From the NCBI RefSeq assembly GCF_009914755.1, contig NC_060947.1: a DNA stretch of 64,000 nt; one strand, 5' to 3'. The notes under the pieces are model-generated. The model was not told the origin of the DNA. It saw nothing but the letters and a program-made list of their open reading frames with translations, and did not search any database. Shown in pieces: positions 12,994 to 26,594 of this stretch (position 1 is its first letter; the number at the start of each line of letters is the position of its first letter). This DNA is from the human T2T-CHM13v2.0 reference genome, Homo sapiens. Both the position numbers and the translations under genes were made by a program.

Positions 12994-13480
12994 CAGTTAA
13001 ACACAGTGTTTCAACGTATATAACTAAACAAAGTAATACATATGCCACACACTGCTAAACATGGGGATTCAAAGATATCATCATACTCAGTAACACACAC
13101 ATACACACCCACATACACCAAGCTCTGTTAACTGAGTTCTAACATTCATCATTTAATGTAGTCCATATAGAAAAGCAATACCCTGTTAAACATAGTGCGT
13201 CACACAGATATTACTATAGTGAGTTATTCACGCACCTTGCTCTGTTGAAATAGTTTCAGCATGCATCCCTAAAGAAGTCTACATGTAGTATGTGTTGCTA
13301 AACAGTGTTTCATGCAGATATCACTGTAGTGAGTCATTCGTGCACCTAGCTGTGTGAAGCATAGTTTCAAATATGCCACTAAAGAAAGCAATACATGCAC
13401 CCACACTGCTAAATACAGCATTTCACAGATATGTCACTATACTCAGTACACATGCCTCAAGCTCTGTAAACAGAGTATCT
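12994..13480. repeat. Degenerate tandem array, ~53-59 bp monomers (one CA-expanded) alternating in ~112-bp dimers
   Basis: Recurrent ctg(c/t)taaac-like starts near 12994, 13052, 13125, 13183, 13242, 13295, 13352, 13406 and 13464; unit pairs 13183/13295 and 13052/13406 align clearly by eye. Confidence 0.8.
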
Positions 13481-15299
13481 TTTACGGGGCATATTTGGGA
13501 AGGTGAGAGTCAGTCTATTCCAGAGGCCACCGCTACTCTGTCTTGCTTGTGCCTTCTTGCTTCTCCCATTTCCACTTCATTTTGCAGCCTGCAATTCCTA
13601 TGGACTATTTCCGTAGTCCAAGGGTTGAACACACATGCTCTCACAGGAAATCCACTTATGGGTTCACTCCAGTGCTTAATAACTTTTATTGTGCAGGGCC
13701 TAGAGCCCTGCACAGCCCCAGTCTTCACAGAGAACATCCTCACCTTCACACCTTCTCTGTGCAGATTCCCACTCAGCTTTAGGGAGAGTCGTCAGAAGAA
13801 TCCATTCCTTCCCCTAGAACCTCGAACAAGGCTTTGACATTCCTAAGTCCATTCCCTATCCCCCTGCTGGGAAGGGCTCTTTTACAGGCCTTCTCTTTCC
13901 AGGCGATCCAATGGGAAATTATTAGGAAGAGACAAGGCCTCCATATGAACATACGTGCAGCCCCAAAGGACAAATATAAATTCTCCAAACAGAGTTGTCT
14001 GAGTCCTCTTTAAAGGAGAGAAACACTTCCTGACTCCACAGCGATCAGCCCAGCTGACCCAGGAGGTACTGGAGGTAGCAATTTACTCTGCTATGCAGTG
14101 CTTTGTCAGTTCCCCTTTGTTCATTTTAATGCTTTCATGACTGTGCCCGGGAGGCCTGTAGGTGCATAAGAAATGGGAGCCATTACTGGGTTGTTGGACT
14201 TTTAATAGCCACCACTTAGCTACACAAACACCTGGCAGAAGCTTTGAATGGAAAGGGATTCCTTTGTCTTGCCTCTTTTGAACGTGGTCAGTTTGCTAGG
14301 CAGGTTCCTCAACTGTAGTCTCAGTCTGATGAAGGGGGTCCAAAGTGAGGACTCAGTATCCTCTAAGAAACTGCCAGGGGTAGAGCTGCTGATGGGACAG
14401 CACAGGGCTGCTCTTGAGTTTACCTATAAAATGATTTGAATAACATTTATTTTTGCCTCAGACTGGAAGCTCTGTTTGTCCCCATATCCTAGTTCCTGGC
14501 ACATAGTAAGTGCTTGATGAATATTTAGTCAAGGAATGAAATTTTCAGAAGTGTGATTAACTGCTCACATACTTAGATAAGTTATGAGAGAATTCAGAGA
14601 GCTCAAGTGGCAGGCTACAATTTGAGCAGAAAGGAGACCAACCGAGTTCACTTTACATTAAGGACCATGCAGTTAAGGACCCTAACTAGGAGATGAATTT
14701 GTATAGAATTTGTCTTGCCAGTTACCATTGGTCCAGGTGGGAAGTCCGCGTCTTGAGGCAGAGGGCTGAAACCCAGACAAAGACTCAAGTATTGTGAAGT
14801 GGTGACTTTCCCAGGGATCACATGGAGGAAACAGGTGAGTTCTAGAGGCCTAAATAAGCACCCTGGTAGGGAAAATGTCCTGAGGAACATGGAGGTGAGA
14901 TACTGGCAATCGGAACTTCCTCCGCTCAGAGCAGATGGGCAGAAGGAAGCAAACCAACAAACCTCAATGAACTTAACAAAAGAAGTCACCTCTTCACACA
15001 TCCAGAATATGGATCTGAAATACAAAAGTATGAGGGCTGAGCAGCATGCAAGTAACTGGCAGTAACCTTTGAGTAAATATCTTTTTAACATAGAGGCTCT
15101 GCATTCTGCCTAAGGCCAGAACAAGGCTCCAGGGGTTGATGGGAAAGAACCCTCAAGTGGGTTCAGGAAATGAACTTGGCTCAGGGAAAGTTTACAAACT
15201 AAGGTCTGGATGCCAAGCTGTTCCTGACAGCAGAGGATGATAAAATCAAAAAGAGTGCCTGCATTATTTTGACCTCCTGGACACAATCCCTTCATTCCT

Positions 15300-15440
15300 C
15301 TTTGTGTTCCTTTGCTTTTGCTCTTCTCTTTCTTCCATTCTTTCTGTCAATTCCATTCTATTATTTTTCCTCCTACTTTTCCTCCTCCTCTTGTTCTTCT
15401 CCTTCTCTTATTCTTCTCCTTATTCCTATTCTTATTCATA
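15300..15440. repeat. CT-rich low-complexity tract
   Basis: Runs of tcc/ttc/tattc. Confidence 0.8.
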
Positions 15441-15838
15441 TTAAGCAGATAATAACTGAATACCTCTTTGTCATACAAGATTCTCACATTACCATTATTT
15501 ATCTGAAGCCCAGCTCAAGACCCAAGACTGGTAGGTTCTGAGATGTCTTTCTGATCCTGACACCATTCTCATGTTTTAGTTTTTATCTTTGGAAGTTATA
15601 ATTCTTTTTTTTTGGTCCCATTGCCATGACCTCAATTACCGACACTTTCTAAACTTTCTAGAATTCATTTATGCCCATTGCAAGCTTTTAAGAACAAGGT
15701 CTATTTCCTTGTTAGACCTTATCATCCATTCATTCATTCAAAGCATCTGTTGAGTGCCAGATCTGTTCTAGGTGCTTGTGTAATCTATAGATTTATTGCT
15801 TTCAGAAAGATAAGCACAGAAAACATATTTATTAATAA

Positions 15839-16205
15839 CATCTTAGTCTGTCCAGGCTGCTGTAACAAAATACCATATACTAGGTAGCTACTAAACAACA
15901 GAAATTTATTTCTCATAGTTCTGGGAGCTAAGAAGTCCAAGATCAATGGACCCGCAGATTCAGCGTCTGGTGAGAGCCCACTTCCTGGCTCTTACATGGC
16001 ACCTTCTAGCTGTTTCCTCACGTGGTGGGAGGGGCTAGCTAGTCCTCTGAAGTTTCTTTTATAAGGACACTAATCCCAATCATGAGGTCCCTGCCTTCAT
16101 GACCTAATCACATCTCCAAAGGCTCTACCTCCTAATACCATCACCTTGGGGATTAGGGTCTCAACATATGAATTATGGGGGGACACAAACATTCAGACCA
16201 GAGCA
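15839..16205 (-). mobile_element. MaLR solo LTR (MLT1A/MSTD-like)
   Basis: tcttagtctgtccaggctgctgtaacaaaatacc...ggggacacaaacattcagaccagagca. Confidence 0.9.
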
Positions 16206-17257
16206 GTCAGATATCTTTTTAAAAAGAATGAAAGAGGACAGTGTTTAATATTCTCAATGCTGATTAAGCAACCAAACACAGTGCAATTTTATTTTAGGAC
16301 TGATAGTTGGTCTAGCCTAACTGAATTGGGTTTTTCCAGCACTTTTTGCACAGCCTCAAATTTAGCCTTCTGATACCTTTTCAACTGACAAGGAAGTTAG
16401 CTGTTCTTGCTAAAGGTCATCATCATTGCAGGCTGCTGTAGTTTATTGCCCTTAACCTGGCAGAATTCCCTTTAACAGGTTCAATTTTCATAAAGTCTTT
16501 TCTGCTTTTTTGGAGCAGCCATAATTTAGTGCCCCCAATTAATTGAGGGAGCTAAAATTTCATACATAGTTAACTACATCTTCAATCAGTATTTGGTGCC
16601 TAGAAAATAAGTCCCCAGTGGACATTTGCCCCTGCAAGTCATGTTGCACTGAAAAAATTGTGCCTGTTCGCAGACTGTTTCTCCTTCAAATGTTCAAGTC
16701 AGCAATGATAGCAGTCAGCTAAGTAGAGGGTGTTTCTGAGAAAAAGAGTGCTCAATGCTACTCTGGGGTATCTGACAAAGAAATGGAAGTGACTTTAACT
16801 TCCTCCAAGTAGACGAGTCAATAGTTATTATTATTCACTCTTCATCCCATGTTAAATAAATGAGGGTCCCCAAGAAGCTATACATTCTCTTCTAATGGGT
16901 TGTTACTGTTGTGTAGAAGCAGTTACTCAACCCAGTTGCTGTCAGGACCTCACCGATTATAGATGGTTCAGATATGGCAGCTCACCCTGTACCCTCATCC
17001 AAATCCCTGGAAGAAACATCTCTGAAAGGTTTGCACAGATTTCTGACTGGGATGAACACTTCAGCAAAGGAGAGACAGAGTCCTGTCCCTTTGGAGGAGT
17101 CAAGAGTCCCTTTTGGACTCCAAAAGTCCTGTCCCTTTTGGAGTCAGGAGGTCTGGGCTCTGGACTCAACTCTGCCATTGATTCCTTGTGTGAGCTTGCA
17201 CATGGCTTTTCCCCAAATCCTGCATCTGTTTCCCCCACTCCAGATCTTTGATTGTTG

Positions 17258-17760
17258 CCTGCTATCACTACACATTGCAGGAGAATTGAAAACAGGTATC
17301 TACTCAACAAATGTCCATAGCAGAATTATTCATAATAGTCCAAAAATAGAAACAACTCAAATGTCCATCAACTGGTGAATGAATAATCAAAAATGCAGCA
17401 TGTCCGTATATTAAAAACTTATTCAACCAATAAACAGGAATGAAGTACTGATACATGCTATGGTAAAAATTAACCTTGAATACATGATGTTAATTATGCT
17501 TATTGAAAGAAGCCAGAAACAGAAGGCCACAAACTGTATGATTCCACTTATATTAAATGTCCAGAATAGACAAATACATAGACACTGAAAGAAGATCAAT
17601 GGTTGTCAGAGGCTGGGGGAGGGAGAATGGAGAATGACTGCTTAATAAATACGGGGTTTCCTTTTGGGGGTGATGAAGGTGTTCTTGAATTTGTTAGTGG
17701 TGAGAGTTATACAACCTTGTGAATATACTGAAAACCACTGAATCATGCATTTTAAAATAA
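17258..17760 (+). mobile_element. L1MB-like 3' end
   Basis: aaatgtccatcaactggtgaatg...tgaagtactgatacatgcta...gtgaatatactgaaaaccactgaat. Confidence 0.9.
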
Positions 17761-19199
17761 AAGAATCACCATAATAGCTTGTTTGAATTATGGATTCCAG
17801 TAAAGAGTGGAGACCAGATCATCTATATTTTTAAGAAGTGGCCAGGTAACTCTAACGGTCAGACAAGTTTATAATGACTTTTTATTAAGGGCCCTATCCA
17901 GCTCTACTATTTTACTACTTGCTGTTCAGATTATTCATTTGTTCATCCATGCGCCATTCACTGTGCACTTGAATAAATGTATCAGACAGCTCGTGGTAAA
18001 GATATGTGGAATAGACAGTTCTCACCCTAGTGAAACATACATCTAGTGCTTTGGTTACAAGAAATGTTTCTAAATGCCTTTTAAATTTTAATTCACATTC
18101 TATTAAACAACCAAACAAACTACTATAGAGAGCTCAGCACATCTACTTAATAAAACATTTTTTAGATGGAAAACGAGAATCATGATGTTGAAGAGTAGCT
18201 TCTCACCAAATTACCCTTCTTAGACCTAGTCCTGCAGGGTCTATGACTAACTTCCAGAATCCCTTTGGTTAAATTAATAACCAAGACACTCAATGGTCTT
18301 TTGGAGCGCAATAATATGGAAGACTCCATACTGAGACATCATTTCTGTGGCAGCTCTAGTCCATGGCAACACAGAAGGCTGAACACATTCAAGGTTTGGG
18401 GGAAAGCCTTTCTAACTCATGAATAGGAGGGGGCCTCACAGCAGATGCCTCTCTTGGCACTAAGAAAAAAAGCTGCTTCTCACACTGTCACTTGCTGTCA
18501 TAAAGCCTAGAAAATTCTGTGATTGGCCTTGAAAAAGAAATGAAACCACTATACAATGGTGTGATTGAAATTTCAAAAAGGGTGCCACACTAATTAGTGC
18601 TTATGATTCGGAGACAAATTGCTTGAAATGATGCTGATGTTTTTGAATGCAATAGAAAAATGTATATTCTCAATCAAGAGTAGGCTCTCGAAAAGGTTTT
18701 TTTTTTTTAATTGAATTGAAAAAAATAGGAGGGTTCATAAAAAGAGGTAGCAGAGCAAGATTCTCCCATGCACACTTTTAGAATTATGGCAGATCCTGCT
18801 ACTGCCTATCTTCTGTGCATTCAGGGAGCTTCAATGTCTTCAAAGTGGTCTCTCCATACCAAGAGGAATGAGATTTGATGAAGAGGGAAGAATGATGCAA
18901 CCAAATCATTCACTTTCCTGCAAAAATATTTCTACTTTGGATAGAGACAGAGAACACCATCCATTTTTTAAAACTAGAATGCTGGGAGCTTCGTGAGACT
19001 CTTTTGTTCAAGCCTCCAGGCCTCTTAGCGCAACTAGGTGGGGCACACCTGGAATAGAAAGCCCTATGGAGGGACTTCTGCCTATCTGGCTGGCTGCAGC
19101 AGATACTCCCACTTACTCCTCTCCTCCCCTCTTTTTTCTCCCCTCATATCCTCTTCCCTTTCTGTCTGTCACCCTTTGTCTACCCTGCCTCAGGCTTTG

Positions 19200-19510
19200 T
19201 TCTAGGTTCTGCGGAACCAGAGATAAGTTAGCCTTGTTCTTGTCCTAAGGGAGCTCACAGCCAGTGAGGGGACACAGACAGCAGACATATGAATACCAGG
19301 CCAAAAAAATTCCCGTTTCAGAGGTGTGCATAGGAGGGAGCAAGTACTGGTAGCTTCGCTCGGTAGTGGTATGGCAGAGTAGATGGGCAGGGGCCAGCAA
19401 GTCTTCCCTGGGGAGAGGAGAACGATGAGTCAGATGCTATGATTTCCTGCAGAAGAGAGGTACATTTTCAATGCAAAGGGCTTTGACCAGTCCACATGTT
19501 TGTGGGAAAG
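19200..19510 (-). mobile_element. L2 3' fragment
   Basis: ttcttgtcctaagggagctcacagccagtgagggg... Confidence 0.6.
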
Positions 19511-21019
19511 TAGGAGGAAGCCACGTGAAGCCTGGACCTTTAGGTGTTTGGATGTGCCTTTTCAGGATGATGGGGTACAAAGGCTGCTGACTTCCTGATT
19601 TCCACTGGGGATGCCTGGTTTTTCTTTTCCATGTCTGGCCCTGTAATTTTGCCATTTAGTCGCAGCAAACATGCTAGGGGGTATTGCTTGTGGGAAATTT
19701 ATTAAATATTTCAAGCTAAATGTGGTTAGTAGAGGATTATAGAACACTTACTTTGTTACTTTGGTTAAGGGCAGGGGAGAATCTTTTTTTTTTTTTTTAA
19801 GGAAAAGGCTACCCTGATTATCAGAACCCCATGAAATAAAATAAGGGCACCTGTTTTCTTCCTCGGAGGAAATACTTTTTAAAAAGCAAGACCCCTTCCA
19901 GATTTCTAAGGGCTCCCGGGTTCTTGAATGCTTATGAAATAAATGTTATTTTCAGGATAGAATGTGCCTGCTAAAAATCACAGACCAAGAAGACATCTCT
20001 CTGGCTACTAAATACTTGGGCTGTGGTGTGGTGGACGTGACAGGCTAGAATTTCAGGATGAGAGACTCTTTCCTTCTTTCTTTTGTGCTTTGGGATATAA
20101 CAGTGCTGGGGAGCTTGGTTATTCATGCACCCATCTTATGACAAGAAGACCATGCATGGTAGTAACCTACATTTGAGAGCTTACCCCAAGGGTGGCTTAG
20201 AGTTTAGATTGATTAATATTTGTTCAGATATTATCTAATGGAATCCTTGATTTTGTAGAATGGGGAAAATTAGAGAAGGACAAGCCCTGTAATGTTTCTT
20301 TATGGAATTGAGGCTGTCCAATAGGTCTTTTATGTCTAGTTTAAGTTCACCACACGTCGTCACTTATATATACATTATTATTTTCCTGTTTAGCGTATAA
20401 AATCTAAAGAAATGGTAATACAGCCATGAGATATTGCAAGTAATCTGGTGATGAGAAAAACAGAGACATATTGCTTATTTCTCACTTTTTTCTGATGTTA
20501 CTGAATGCCCTTCCCTTCTCTAGTTGTTTCCTTGTGATTTTGTGCCACAGTTTAGCACTGCACAAGTCCTAATTCTGCAATACGGTTTGCTGAGTATCTC
20601 TAGGTGTGGAGAATAGAGCTGAAATAAAATGTATTTTTAGGCCATAGTTAACTCCTACTTGCTCGTGCACAGAGATGTAGTGCTGAATAGGACATGGGCT
20701 TTGGAGGGAGGAGAAGTTGCATAAGAACCACAGTCTTGCCCTACAGGTAACAAATACTCACAGAGCAGCTGCCATTTTTTCACTTATTAGGTAAGTGAAC
20801 TTGAATAACATGTTTAATTTTTCCAAACCATGGTTTTGTCATCTGTAAAATGGGAATAATCACTCCCATGCTCAAACTCCTGCACTGTCTTCCAATCACA
20901 CTCGGAATAATATCCTGGGCCTTTACCATGACCCTAGGCAGGGTTTGCAAACTATCCTAAAGAGAAGAATCACCCGAATCACCCAGAGTTTTTGTTAAAA
21001 CTTTTCAATTTTGTGCCAG

Positions 21020-22160
21020 AAGACTGGCACTCTCTCAAATACTAGTCTTGTATTAATTATTGGTGATTTCAATACCGACATGGACGAAATTCAAACACCT
21101 TGGCCTCTCAGTTCCTTGACTTCTTCCTCTTCTCCTGTGACCTTCTTCTCTACCCCCTCAGCCAGTCACTCCCATGGCATACTTTAGCTCTTCTCATTAC
21201 CAATAACTACAACTCCCACAAACTCAATGTCATCTATCCTATTCTCTTTCCACCACTTCCCATCTTTCTGGCTCATTCCATCTAATGCTCTATCTCCAGT
21301 CATCACTTCAACCATGGCGGACCGTACAATTGATTGATCCTACAAACTTTTCACTCTGATGTCCCCTCTTCCCTCCTTAATTGCATGGACAAGCATTTTA
21401 ATTGCTTCCTATACGTAGCCTCAACTCTCCTGCACCCCTTTCACTTTGTTTAGCAAAACCACAATCTCAGTTAAATCTGTCTCTCTGCCTACTTTGCACT
21501 GTACTTGTGCAGTCAGTCATGACTGGGAAAAAACCCGCAACTATGCTGGCTGGTATCACTCTGAATTCATGACCATGAACCTCAAGTGGACCCTTAATGC
21601 TGCTCAGCAATTGTAAAAGGTTTGTCAGCTTCTTCTACTCTTCCACTCTCCAAGATGACTATTACATACCTTTTTCTACTAATCAAGCTTCCACCTCCTC
21701 CTTTCTATATTCATTTTCAGCTGATAAACATGCGTCCTATTATTCACTGAGAAAATCGAAGCAATCAGAACAGTTTACTCACATTCCTTCCACTATATCT
21801 ACCAACCTGCCTTCCTTCCTGTTAACTTAATGAGCTGTTAGTGCTCAACCTAATGGTGAGTTCATTGTCCTTATCTTATTTGACCCAGCAACAGCTTGTT
21901 GACACAGTTTACCATTCCTATCTCTGGGACACCCCCAAACTCTTGGTTTACCTTCTACTTCACTAGTTGCTCCCCACCAATCTCCTTAAACTACTTTGCT
22001 GGCTCCTCCTCACCTCCCCATTCTCTAAACACTGGAGTTGCAGAGTCAGTCCTTAGACTTTTCCGTCTATACTTATTTCCTTGGTGTTGTCATCCAGTTT
22101 CATAGATTTAAATAGCATCTATTTGCTGACAACTCCCAAATTTATATCTCCAATCCAGAC
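21020..22160 (+). mobile_element. L2 ORF2 region; further L2 3' pieces to ~23430
   Basis: ggtgatttcaataccgacatggac (GDFN endonuclease motif) followed by typical L2 ORF2 text; L2 tails at ~22550 and ~23400. Confidence 0.85.
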
Positions 22161-22295
22161 TTGATCAGCCTATATAAAAACAATGCAGCTTACCTGCATC
22201 CACAGCACTGGCAATTCCACTTATTGGGTTATGTTTTGTTTGTTCTTTAGCATGTAGCTATATCTAATGTACGATGTCATTGTTTAAAAGCCATA

Positions 22296-22434
22296 ATCTT
22301 GCTCTGTCATCCAGGATGGAGTTCAGTGGTGCAACTACAGCTCACTGGAACCTCGAACTCCTGGGCTTAAGTAATCCTCCTGCCTCAGCCTCCAGAGTAG
22401 CTGGGACTACAGGTGTGTACCATCACACCCGGCT
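22296..22434 (-). mobile_element. Alu right-arm monomer (FRAM/AluJ fragment)
   Basis: tcttgctctgtcatccagg...cagctcactggaacctcgaactcctgggcttaag...gggactacaggtgtgtaccatcacacccggc. Confidence 0.9.
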
Positions 22435-23099
22435 ATATCATTTTTAAACATGTTTATTTTCTGTCTTCCCCTATTAGAACATAAGCTCCATCTAGAACAT
22501 AAGCTCTTTTGTTGGTGTGTGGGTTTTTTTTTTTTTCTGATGTATTCCTAGTGCCTAAAATGCTACTTTCCATGTAGTAGGTGATGAGACTATTGAATCA
22601 GAATTTCCTTGGAAAAGCCCTGGCAATTTGTATATTTGACACGGGTCCAAGGCGATTACCTTATATTGGGGAGGTTGGAGGAAAGAGTTCTGGCCTAATT
22701 AAACTTTTCATTGTCTGCCCCCTCCTAATCTGCTTGACCTAATTTTAGCTACTCTGTGTACTGCCCATGTTGTTTTACCACATTGGTCTTTTCATGATTC
22801 TTATAACATGCCAAATATCTTCAGACCCCAGGACATTTGCACTTGCTATTCTCCCTGCCTGGAATATTCTTTGCATGACTTTCTATATCAGTTTATTAAG
22901 GACAATATTTAGTTTGTTTGGTTTAATTTGGTTTATTCAGAACTGATAAATATTTAGGGCTGTGCTTGAAACACCCTCCAAGAGGCCTTTCCTCCTCCCA
23001 TCATTCTCAATCCTCTACCTTTTTTCATAGCACTTAGCACTACCTGGAATTAGACAATACTTTTTTTTTTTTTTGTCTGTCTGGATTACTGTGTGAAAG

Positions 23100-23312
23100 T
23101 AATAATAGCTAACACTTGACATCTGCCAGATACTATTAAAAGTACGTTGCATATAATAATTGTTTTAATCTTTACAACAACTCCAATGTTGTAATTTTAC
23201 CATATCCATTTTGTGGACATAGAAAACTGAGGCACATGGAGATTAAGTAACTAGCTCAAGGTCATACCACCAGTAAGTAGTACAGTTTGTGAATCTGGCT
23301 CCTGAATCTGCC
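23100..23312 (-). mobile_element. MIR
   Basis: catatccattttgtggacatagaaaactgaggcacatggagattaagtaactagctcaaggtcatac. Confidence 0.9.
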
Positions 23313-23439
23313 TCTTGTTAGTTGACTTGAAGATAAAGAGGTTTGTCTATTTTCTTTACCATTGTATCTCCAGGGCTTAGAACAGTGCTAGGCACATAGT
23401 GAGTGTTCAATAATAGTTAAATATTGAATCACTATGGCT

Positions 23440-23845
23440 TGTATTAGTCTTTTAGGGCTGCTATAACAAAACACTGTTTTGTTTTTTTAAAAAATACACC
23501 AGACTGGGTGTCTTATACATCAGAAATTTATTTTCTCACAGTTCTGGAGACCAGAAATTCAAGATCAAAGAGTCTGCAGGTTTGGTCTCTCTTGAGGCCT
23601 CTCTTCTTAAATTTACAGATGGCCACCTTCTCTCTGCATCTTCACATGGCCTTCCCTCTGTGTGTGTCTGTGTCCTAATCTTGTTGTTTTATCAAGACAC
23701 CAGTCCTTTTGGAATAGGGCCCCACCCTTAAGGCTTCATTTAACCTTAATCACCTCTTTAAAATCCCTATATTTAATTATACTCACATTTGGCATTAAGG
23801 TTTCAACATATGAATTTGGGGAGAGGTATAATTCAGTCCATAACA
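23440..23845 (-). mobile_element. MaLR solo LTR (MLT1A0-like)
   Basis: tgtattagtcttttagggctgctataacaaa...aattcagtccataaca; ggct flanks both ends. Confidence 0.9.
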
Positions 23846-23959
23846 GGCTGAAGCCCAGTTCCTAGAGAATCAGGATACCAAAATCAGAGTTGCTGCCAAA
23901 GACCAGAGATGCCAGGGAAGAGAGAAATTCATGTGCCATGTACTCCATTGGTTTTCAAA

Positions 23960-23962
<3 letters not shown>

Positions 23963-24000
<38 letters not shown>
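23963..24000. repeat. (GT)19 microsatellite
   Basis: Directly visible. Confidence 0.98.
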
Positions 24001-24006
<6 letters not shown>

Positions 24007-24863
24007 CTGAACCCATTTCTCAAAAGAAATCTTCCATCTTCTATGGAAGCCTATTATAGCAAGCATGGAAACAGGGGTTCACTGTTGGAAGCTGAGGTGG
24101 AAGGCTGGATGGACCCCAAGCACTCACTGGGGACCCACAGACCATGGAGGTCTCTTGACCAAATCTCAGCACCTCACTTTACAGAAAACACTTTTGAGTC
24201 TATAAAGGAGCTAGAACACTCTCTACATTCCCCATGTCTAGCAACAGGCTTGATCTCAGCTCGAAGAGAAAGCCAGAATGTCTAGGTCAGCATTCACGGG
24301 CTCCAGCAGGAAGCCTGGAAGCTTTGGCAGCAGGGAACCAGGCTAGGCCTTAAACCAAGAGAGTTTAAGTTTAAGGTGGCCATCACAACTATACCAGGTG
24401 TAGTTGGGAGGCTCAACCTCATCCCAATCAAAATAATGACCACGCTGCTGCTGCCTTTGTATTGTTGGCAACTCATCATCTTAAATGAGAGGTTTAGGCT
24501 GTTTGAATGAGACAAAATCCTGCAGTTAAAGTTCTCTGATTGTATAGATCTATATAGCCTTCCTTCTAACGCACTGGAACTGTTGAAAACACTATAAATC
24601 ACTCCCAAATGCCTGAATTCAAATATTATTTCAGTATGCAAATTACAGTCATAAAGCATAATGAAGCACATTTGAATATCAAGTACAAAAGTCACCATAT
24701 AAATATAAAATAGGAGTGAATGAATGTGGTCAGCGTTTTATTTTATAAATGCAGTTTGCCTCCTGAAGACTTTAAAGAGCTTCTGACCAATACTTGGAGA
24801 GCCCAGCTGAATTCCATAACCAGGAATTTTATTTTTCTAACTATGAAGGAGGCAAGAATATGA

Positions 24864-24864
<1 letters not shown>

Positions 24865-24903
<39 letters not shown>
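24865..24903. repeat. (TG)19 microsatellite
   Basis: Directly visible. Confidence 0.98.
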
Positions 24904-24906
<3 letters not shown>

Positions 24907-25348
24907 TTTGTCCTGTTTTCCATATTTCTCCATACTGTCCTATTTTTAAGTAGGCTGTCTAGCTTGGCCATTCCTTGCCTCAAGGATTTTTTCAGGTTTG
25001 AAGTCAGATATATGCCCTGGACTACCTTACTGGAAGGGCTATGAAGATGGAAGAACTCAGGGGAATGGCCGCAAGGGTCATGTAGAAGAGATGCCTTACT
25101 GAAGAGTCAGGGCCTCAAGTAACAGAGCTATAGCCCTGAAGGGCCCATGACGACTAAGACAATATTTTTCCTAAGAAGAACCAGCTTCATGACCTGGAGT
25201 TCTCCTCAATGCTTTGGTGTCGTCTAAGTCCCTGGGGTTTTTGTATAATCACAGGTGTGGTAGAGTCCCCACCAATGACTAAGTTTAGACAGCCTACCAT
25301 TCCAAAAGTCTAGGACCTCAGAAGTAGAGTTAATATGGTTTAAACAAA

Positions 25349-25462
25349 ATGTGTGTATATATATAATATATAATATATGTATTATATATAATGTATATTA
25401 TATATGTATTATATATAATGTATATTATATATTATATATGTATTATATATAATATATATGTG
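25349..25462. repeat. TA-rich degenerate simple repeat
   Basis: Repeated atgtattatatata units. Confidence 0.9.
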
Positions 25463-25910
25463 ATATTTCTTTGACTTAACCCAAACTTGTGTCCAGCCCA
25501 GAATATAAATGAGAATGAAGGCCTCATCTTTGTCAAATGCCTTGCTTCTGCTCTTTTCTTCCTTCTCAACGGTTGTATCCCATTACATCTTTTAAATTAC
25601 ATAGATAATAGGAGAGTACATTCTTGTTAAATAAGATTCTGAAATTTCAGTTGCTTCAGTCAAGATCCAGTTCAAGATTTCTATTTTGTAGGAGGTCTTT
25701 CCCATCCTTATTTCTGTCTAATGACTTAACTCTGTCTTATTAGTACTTCAGATATTAGTTTGTTTCCCATGACCAGGACTCATTATTGATCACTTAAAGA
25801 TATTCTAGAGTTTCATTTATTGTAAATTTTATCTGAGTAGATTACCATTTCTCAGGGGAAAGGGTTATATAAGGGCCTTTATTTCTTTGATAAAACTCAT
25901 GCTCAATTCA

Positions 25911-26238
<328 letters not shown>

Positions 26239-26594
26239 TCAAAGCATTTGCAGAGTGCCAAATTCTGTGCCAAACAATGTATCAGGGATTTTTAAATTAA
26301 TGAACAGATTAATTGCTTTTGGAATGAGAAGGTTCTGACCAGATTTAGAAGAGGAGAAACTCAAAGACATAAGCGCTGAAACTGCATAACCTTCACTGAC
26401 CTTGCAGTCACTCCCTTTGCACTTGGATATGAAAGATTCTATGGTTCTCAGCTTTAGGAAAACTACACTTATCCCTGCACCATTCTCTGTCTTTTTCTAT
26501 TTGTCTGAAACCAATTCTCTGTGCATTGTTAAAGACAGCCCTATCCATTAAGAAATGTATCTTCACTGGTTACTCTAGTGTATTGTTTGGGTCA

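Noticed and set aside
12994-13480. CRISPR-like repeat-spacer array
   Set aside because: Primate DNA; units are wholly homologous and diverged rather than constant repeats with unique spacers; no cas genes.
13373-15091. ORFs of 154 aa (+) and 147 aa (-)
   Set aside because: No recognisable homology or exon structure; lengths compatible with chance in a 64-kb six-frame scan.
19028-19047. CTCF-like word gcgcaactaggtggggcac
   Set aside because: Mismatches at core positions; partial matches are expected by chance and cannot be supported without ChIP data.
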